Shown here piece by piece: positions 54,708 through 64,000 of a stretch of DNA of 64,000 nucleotides. Source of the DNA: Eledone cirrhosa (Eukaryota). Made by a program: the position numbers and the translations under genes. Each line of letters opens with the position of its first letter. The first letter of the stretch is position 1. The DNA lies in assembly GCA_964016885.1 (NCBI GenBank), contig OZ024740.1, positions 23,870,001-23,934,000 of the forward strand, given 5' to 3'. The notes under the pieces were generated by a model that searched no databases, was not told where the DNA came from, and worked only from the letters and a program-made list of their open reading frames with translations.

Positions 54708-55545
54708 CCATTGTTCCCTCTTACCCCACTGAACTAATCATTAAGTAACTCAACACCCTCCCTGCTCCCTTAGTCACCAACCTCCCTCCTACATTTATGA
54801 CTCCAATAATGCCCCCCCCCCAACTTTTCAACTTCTCCTTCTGCCTCTGCCTATCTCACCTTCTCTTCACCCTGGACACCTCTATCTAGACCAGGCTTGT
54901 CAAACCACATGCACAATTGGGCCCTTTACATGCACACTTGCGGCTGGTACAAAGGTTTTTACAGCGCCAGCATGTTTTATCTTCGTAACATAAAATTTAA
55001 AAAATTAGTTGTAATGTGCGCAACTAGATGTCGTGTGTGACCCTCAGACAAGACCTATGTGATCCATGTGGCCCTCGGGGGAACCTCAGTTTGACATGCC
55101 TGCTCTAAACTATCCATCCTCAAAATGACAGTCCCCGTGCTCTCCTACATTTTCTGGACTTACATCACAGACCCTATCCAAGTACTTCTTCGCATTGCTG
55201 AGATCGTTCTCAAACACAATCATTTTTTTCGTTTTTCCTCAGACATTTACCATCAAGTCTCTGAGGTTGCCATGGGAACCAGAATGGACTCGAACTATAG
55301 CAACTGGTTCGTTGGCTACGTTGCGGTCCAGATCTCCCAATACGCTGTATCCACTCTTGAACTATATCGTTATATCCATGACTGTATTGGCCCATTCACT
55401 CCCCCCTCTCTCTCTTGTGTACAGCTGAACTCTATTATTTCCTTTGTCTACATATGTCATTGTGACCTCACCTTCACCAGCTCCGTTTCCCATTCTTCTG
55501 CCCAATTTCTCGACATCTATCTATCGACCTTACTTACCACAATCT
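54708..55545 (+). pseudogene. Decayed Penelope-like element reverse transcriptase (Neptune-like), split by a MITE
   Basis: PTELI..L.PLVTNLPSYI.DSN and LFTLD lie before the MITE. After it come LLRIAEIVLKHNHF, YHQVSEVAMGTRM..NYSNWFVGY, LYRYIHDC (YIDD equivalent), LTFT and FLDI, all characteristic PLE RT motifs. Confidence 0.82.
54892..55102. mobile_element. hAT-Charlie-type MITE (211 bp)
   Basis: TIRs CAGGCTTGTCAAAC / GTTTGACATGCCTG (13/14 match). The 8-bp flanks ATCTAGAC / CTCTAAAC fit the NTCTAGAN target. Confidence 0.82.
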
Positions 55546-55748
55546 TGTTAGACTATTGTACCTTGTGAAAAAGCTGCATTGAACCTAATATCTTTATGCT
55601 AACATATTTTCTAAAATTCATAAGTAGCTCAACCTTTCAAAAAATAGGTATGTGATGTGCTGTGAATTTAACGTTGGGAAAAAGGGGAGTGAACTACACG
55701 TGAAAATAGCGTGATATACAATATACATGTGAGGATATATATATATAT

Positions 55749-56008
55749 AGGAAAAGTTATGACCCCGACGGCAGAGCTCAAGCCGTTTCGACGGCTATTT
55801 CTGGACTGAAATAGCCGTCGAAACGGCTTGAGCTCTGTCGTCCGGGTCATACCTTTTCCTATTATCCACTCTACTACCCTAAGTATTGAGTACTCTGGTG
55901 CGTTATGGTCCATCTGGTTCCTTACCACAATTCCTTCGCTATATATATATATATATATATATATAACGAAGGAAATGTGGTAAGGAACCAGGTGGACCAT
56001 AACGCACC
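55749..56008. mobile_element. Family A element: 42-bp-arm hairpin, 3' body, (TA)n, then an inverted body fragment
   Basis: ATGACCCCGACGGCAGAGCTCAAGCCGTTTCGACGGCTATTT-CTGGACTG-AAATAGCCGTCGAAACGGCTTGAGCTCTGTCGTCCGGGTCAT. 55897-55940 is inverted at 55962-56008. Confidence 0.85.
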
Positions 56009-56112
56009 ATATATATATATATATATGCATGTGTATATATATATATATTAGAAAGTAAGTTTTTTTTAGAAAATGAAAAATAACCGAGGTGTCCTACACG
56101 AGTGAAAGTATA

Positions 56113-56336
56113 AAGAAAAAAAGGTGAAATCTAAAATGCAACTGGAGTCTTATTTTAAAAATATATATATATATTTATTTGGTTCGTCACATCTGTGAGA
56201 AAAACCACAGACTCTCCACCTCAACTCTACTTTTGAAAAGCAGAAGAACTGCGAAACGGGTAAAGGAACCAAATAAATATATATATTTTTTTTTAAATAA
56301 GACTCCAGTTGCATTTTCGATTTCATCTTTTTTTCT
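56113..56336. mobile_element. Fold-back element (family B) with inverted arms of about 70 bp enclosing a hammerhead-like motif
   Basis: AAAATGCAACTGGAGTCTTATTT...ATATTTATTTGGTTC pairs with GAACCAAATAAATAT...AAATAAGACTCCAGTTGCATTTT. Confidence 0.8.
56230..56265 (+). ncRNA. Candidate minimal type-I hammerhead ribozyme with a U3-A8 core variant
   Basis: CTT-TTGAAAA-GCAG-AAGAA-CTGC-GAAA-C-GG-G-TA-AAG: 3-bp stem I, 4-bp stem II and a GUA cleavage triplet. Confidence 0.5.
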
Positions 56337-56595
56337 CTCTCTCTCTATATATATATATCGAAATATGTATAGTGGCTTTGCGGAATTAAAATTCTAAAGT
56401 AAATTTTCCAGTCCGGCATTCTGTTGCTTTAATGAATACTTAACTACGTTCTTGCACCAGCCACTAGAGACCACATCTATGATGGATGATGTAAATAACG
56501 TTGAGTGCTTTAAGTTGTTGCATCATCGTTTACCAACCGGAACCACCAGTTCTAACCATTGATAAAGAGCTTAACACACACACAAACAAACACAC

Positions 56596-56657
<62 letters not shown>

Positions 56658-56971
56658 ACACAAATAATCATACACAAACAAACACACACAAACACACACG
56701 CACACATACACACATACACAAACAAACAAACACACACACACATACACACATACACACATACACACACAAACAAACACACACACGCAAACACACACACACA
56801 CACAAGCGCCGAAACATCTATGATCCGCAGTATACAGCTGATGAAGGGCTACTTTTCTTCTCTTGTTTACGTCCCTATTACCATCTTACACTTTGTTTAC
56901 AGTAACCACAACGCCTGCCTCTTTACTTGTATTTTTGTATATATCCCAGCATAGCTGTTAATTATATTAAC

Positions 56972-57020
<49 letters not shown>

Positions 57021-57023
<3 letters not shown>

Positions 57024-57156
57024 TTATTAAAATAACAGATTGAAATTTAAGCAAAGAATCACCCTTAAAGGGATCTTCTGAAACTCTTCAGAAGACCCCG
57101 TTAAGGGTGAAAGCAGCGATTCTTTGCTTAAACTTTAATGTTCTTTTAATAAATAT
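57021..57156. mobile_element. Fold-back element (family C) in (TA)n
   Basis: ATTTATTAAAA..TTTAAGCAAAGAATCACCCTTAA.GGG.TCTTCTGAA-actc-TTCAGAAGACCCCGTTAAGGGTGA..GATTCTTTGCTTAAA..TTTTAATAAAT. Confidence 0.7.
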
Positions 57157-57242
57157 TTGCTCTGCAGTTCTTATATTTTTGATATATAGTTATCCTTATT
57201 GAGCCCACTTTGGATTATAGTCTTCACATTAATTATTATTAC

Positions 57243-57275
<33 letters not shown>

Positions 57276-57792
57276 ATATCTATATATATCCCAACATAGA
57301 AGTTAATTATACTAACACTAATTAAACTGTGATTTTACGTAGCCATTACTCCACAACTCATTTTTGCACTTGTGAACACAACATTTATTACATTCTATAA
57401 GTTATAGAGCTATAATATATATGTAGAAAACAAATAATAGAAATACTAAGATTTAAATATTTAAAATTTTCAAAATATGACAGTTGACAAGGAGTATGCA
57501 TATAAAGGAATTATACAAGATCAAAATAAAGTGACTGTGTGAGAAGTAGAATATATTGAAATACACAAGACAAGAGTGAGACTTGAGACATGACAATTGT
57601 AGAAGAGAGAAAGATAATTCCATAATATAGCTTTAGACCACATGTGGAGATCAAATGGTGACTAGGATATGCTATGAGAAAGTGACTGCATTTTAATACA
57701 AAGGAAAATGTCCAGTAGGATCGCAATAGTATAAATACATCGTGAGTGGGATAGTGAAAATTAAGTTACCAAGTTAAAAATAGCTTGGCACG

Positions 57793-60530
<2,738 letters not shown>

Positions 60531-61004
60531 ATTGAAAATGTAGTGTCTAAATGTAGGACGAAATAATCTCTTAATTTTCGTAAATTACCTTCTAATTTGG
60601 AAGAAAATACAAAATAACTTTCAATAGTTAGAGACTGTTAAAGACAGGGGGAGATAATTTTACGAAACGAAGAATGAATATTTCCAGTTAATTTAGAAGA
60701 CTTGGAAAACGACAACGTGATGTTTGTTTGTCTGAATTGGACAACTATGGACATATGTTTCGGGATGTTTTACTTCGTACAGCTCAGTACAGCTCAATTT
60801 TACTGGGCCTCTATATCATCTGATGCATTTTTATATATAGAGAAATATCTATAATTACTTTTTATCGAGTATATTTAGCATTTTAGCATAACTGAAAATA
60901 ATAGAGGTTTTGAAAAATGTCTAATAAGGACGAGTTGCATTTATTTAGAGAATCAATGTTATGAAAGAAAAGGTGTTTTCTCATCTTTCTGTCTGTCACA
61001 CAGA

Positions 61005-61198
61005 TGTCAACTCTGGATGTCGGTGAGCATGTCCAGCTAACCTCAGTCTCCTCTGTGCTACTCAGTGTGTACTGATTAATGTTCAGAGCCATCCTCAGTA
61101 TTCTCGTGTAGCACCCACCCACCATCTGAGTGAGTTTCTTGATCAGTGTTCAAGTCTCAGACACGTACAGCAGCACAGACTCCACTACAGCAACGGAG
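61005..61198 (-). mobile_element. RTE-clade LINE ORF fragment (downstream of the RT core)
   Basis: Translation VAVVESVLLYVSET*TL...GCYTRILRMALNI...LRLAGHAHRHPEL. Confidence 0.75.
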
Positions 61199-61633
61199 AG
61201 ACGTAAAGAAGTATAAAGGTGAGGCAAACCTTTATTTTAACTTGAGAGGAGAAGGGAGATAACTTATGTCATGCTTATAGTTTATTGCAAGGGTGAGAGG
61301 TAATAACGTTCAGGATTATCCGAGGGTGTCGTAATGAGGAGTCCGTGAGGTGGGGCCGCATAGTTAAATATAATTATGATGTAAAGAATACATTCATACC
61401 ACATTGTGTTAGATTTGAGATCTTGCATAGTTCAAATCTTTTCAACTTAGCACATCTGTTAATTTAAATTACAATACTTAAACGGTTAATTATGAAGGTG
61501 TGGGGTCGTGTCCCGTAGGTGCTAATTTCTATGTTTCTGTTAAGGGAGCTCATTTAGACTAGGATCCATAGTAAAACAATGGGATGAAGCTCCTATATAT
61601 ATATAGTAGTGAAGGAGTGAAGAATAACATGGT

Positions 61634-61691
<58 letters not shown>

Positions 61692-62249
61692 ATACTTTGG
61701 GAGGGTCATGTTGCCAATAAGAAACACACGCACCAGTTGCTTTCACTTCAATTTATTATAATAAATTTATAATAAATTTATAAATTTCTGGTTGGTTGGT
61801 TGGTTCCACAACCAGATAGTTGTTTATATATTGTCATAGTTCTTTCGTCACACACTTTGTGACCTCTTCAGTGACTGGGGATTCCTTTCTTTGTTTTTGT
61901 GCCTCTCCTTTGTTCTGTCCTACGCCATTTTGTTTCTGTGTGTGTGTTGTGTGCTCAGTCTGCGCATGCGCCACATGCGGGTGTCTGTGTGTGTTTATGT
62001 TCATTTATTTATTTGTTTATTTACATGTTACTGGTTGGTTGTTTGTTCTATGTGTGTGTGTGTATTCATTTTGTCCTTAATTGTAAGTTGTGATGTTGCT
62101 GTTCCACTCATATTTTCTATTTAATTTTGGTTGTAATTCTTTTAGTTGTAATTCTTTCAACACACGATTTCAGATAAAGAATCTTGCTAAACAAATTCAG
62201 AAACGAAATATATATATATATATATATTGGATTATTATTTAACAGTCGA

Positions 62250-62392
62250 TACAGCATAGTTCATGGTTAAGATGTTTGCTTCATAATCATAAGGCTACGG
62301 GTTCGACCGTATTGCGTGGAATATTGCGCAAATGTCCATGCCTTGTGGTGAGGCAATTGAACTTTGGCAGATGGAGATGGTTTGGAAGCCCT
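62250..62392 (+). mobile_element. Decayed tRNA-derived SINE (family 2, CORE-like)
   Basis: TGGTTAAGATGTTTGCTT (A box) and GGGTTCGACC (B box), then GCGTGG..TTGCGCAAATGTC, GCCTTGTG and TTTGGCAGATGGA..GAAGCCC. Confidence 0.65.
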
Positions 62393-62947
62393 TCATGTGG
62401 GCTCTACCTTTGGTTTAAAGTGCCAGCCTTGCTATATGGCATATCATGCTTTATATTCCTGAGTATTACTATAAACCTAGATGTTTGTGTGGAAGGAGCA
62501 CTCATGTCGAAATCGACGGAGAACCATTCCGCTCACTCATACAACATTTTGAAAATGATGTACTACATACAAACAATGTATGCCTCTGGTTCACTCTTAA
62601 CCACGCTGCGGAAGATTTGGCAAAAAAAATGGCGGATAACACTTGGTAAAATTTCGTCATTCGAGAACCGTAAACTGTAAGAATATCATTGCATATCTTG
62701 CAAAGCTTGCTGTCTACCAAACTGCAATCGACCCATTTGAACACTTGTCAAAAGGATTTACATCTACGTTAAGGAATCAGCATATCTTCCAATTCTAAAC
62801 AAATAGTTTTGTACACACTTTTACCACGGAGACAGTTTCCACATTCTATATTTCACTTCATCTATTTAACACATAACTTACTGCATTAATAGCTAGAGAT
62901 AATAGAACATCAACGGTTGTGTCGGTGCGTTGATGTTCTCTCTCTTT

Positions 62948-63185
62948 CACTCACTACTTCCGTCTCTCTCGCTCTCTCCATTTCTCACTATTATAAGCAA
63001 ATGGGAGCCCATGTTCTGGCCGTCTCGTGGCCGTCTCGTGGCCCCAGTGGACAGAATTAGAGAAGGTTTTACTTCGAGGGATGATGAGGGAGACATGTTG
63101 GAAGAGTCATTCCAACTCGCGAGGTTCACTCCCGTGTGTAGCCAACTTCGTGCCGATGGTGGTTCTAGGGCAAAGGACACTGGCA
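62948..63185 (+). repeat. Second copy of dispersed repeat 'X'
   Basis: CCGTCTCTC..CTCACTATT..GACAGAAT..GAGAAGG..GGAAGAG..CATTCCAACTCGCGAG..GTAGCCAAC..CCGATGGTGGT..CTAGG..GGACAC is collinear with 35390-35735. Confidence 0.7.
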
Positions 63186-63289
63186 GTCTCCATTTCCATC
63201 TCGTGCCAAACTGATCACAAAAGTCAAATCTCTGACATTTGATCACACCTGTCTCATCACCTGGTAACCTTACACACAGCTGCAAATGT

Positions 63290-63527
63290 GTATGACAGCT
63301 CACATCTATGCAGGTTTAGCTGGCCTCGTCCAAGGTATATCTCGTTGGAGGTGTCTTGGGTGATTTAATGATAGGGACCGAAGGCATATCATCTCATTTC
63401 TACAGCTGAATAAACTGGAGCAACGTGTCTTGCTCAAGGAAACAACACATCACCCAGTCCGAGAATTGAACGCACAAACTTTCGATTGCAAGCCCAATGC
63501 TCTAACCACTGAGCCATACACCTTCAT
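63290..63527 (-). mobile_element. Family-3 tRNA-derived SINE
   Basis: The minus strand reads TGGCTCAGTGGTTAGAGCATTGGGCTTGCAATCGAAAG..GTTCAATTC. The body GTCCCTATCATTAAATCACC..AACGAGATATACCTTGG..GGCCAGCTAAACCT is shared with the 35077 copy. Confidence 0.85.
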
Positions 63528-63782
63528 GTACCTTTAGTTGATTAAAACCAACAGTTTTATTGACAATATCACTTCCAGTAATATCAAATAATATTCACTA
63601 GTCTTAGCCCTTTATCATCTACACTCCAAAACTGCAATATCTAGAGTGTTGTTCGTTCAAAACGTTAGGATGTGATTTGAGGTATATTTGCATGTTATCT
63701 CTAGCAACTATCGCATCCACCAAAATACTGCTTCATTGTTTAGTTGATTAGGAAAGGTTGTTATCAATATCTTTCTGGTTGA

Positions 63783-64000
63783 TAGTGTTGGTGGCGCTCG
63801 TGGTGGTGTTGGTGGTGTTGTTGGTGTTGGTGGTGTTGTTGGTGGTGTTGTTGGTGGTGTTGTTGGTGGTGTTGTTGTTGGTGTGTGTTGTTGTTGTTGG
63901 TGGTGGTCGTGGTTGTGGTTGTGTTGTTGGAGGTGTTGGTGGCATTGATGGCGGTTGTGGTGTTGTTGGTGGTGTTGTTGGTGGTGTGTGTTGTTGTTGT
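63783..64000. repeat. (GTT/GGT)n simple repeat
   Basis: Read directly from the sequence. Confidence 0.95.

Noticed and set aside
56806-56850. GCCGAAAC...CTGATGAAGGGC as a permuted (type II) hammerhead
   Set aside because: Both core strings are present but stems I and II do not pair properly. At most a decayed remnant.
61688-62150. Solo LTR
   Set aside because: Composition is suggestive only; no second LTR, PBS/PPT or TSD was identified.

Overview
Gene-free, repeat-dominated eukaryotic DNA, probably from a cephalopod such as Octopus. That assignment is inferred from recalled SINE family shapes and the extreme (TA)n/(CA)n density; it is not verified. Bases 1-33091 are one tandem satellite array of about 430 copies of a 77-bp monomer, with nested higher-order repeats (offsets 1773, 2153 and 2004 bp) and layered variant zones. 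The rest is decayed transposons embedded in microsatellites: an R4/Dong-like RLE LINE, a CR1-like APE LINE, RTE fragments including a probable internally deleted non-autonomous RTE, a hATm transposase remnant, a Penelope-like (PLE) RT remnant split by a hAT-Charlie MITE, and at least three tRNA-derived SINE families. The most interesting signal is a set of small inverted-repeat elements sitting in (TA)n tracts that carry minimal type-I hammerhead-ribozyme-like motifs, some with non-canonical cores; they are probably PLE derivatives. I could not support any intact host protein-coding gene, and most ORFs in the track are satellite or microsatellite artefacts. Boundaries of decayed elements are approximate.
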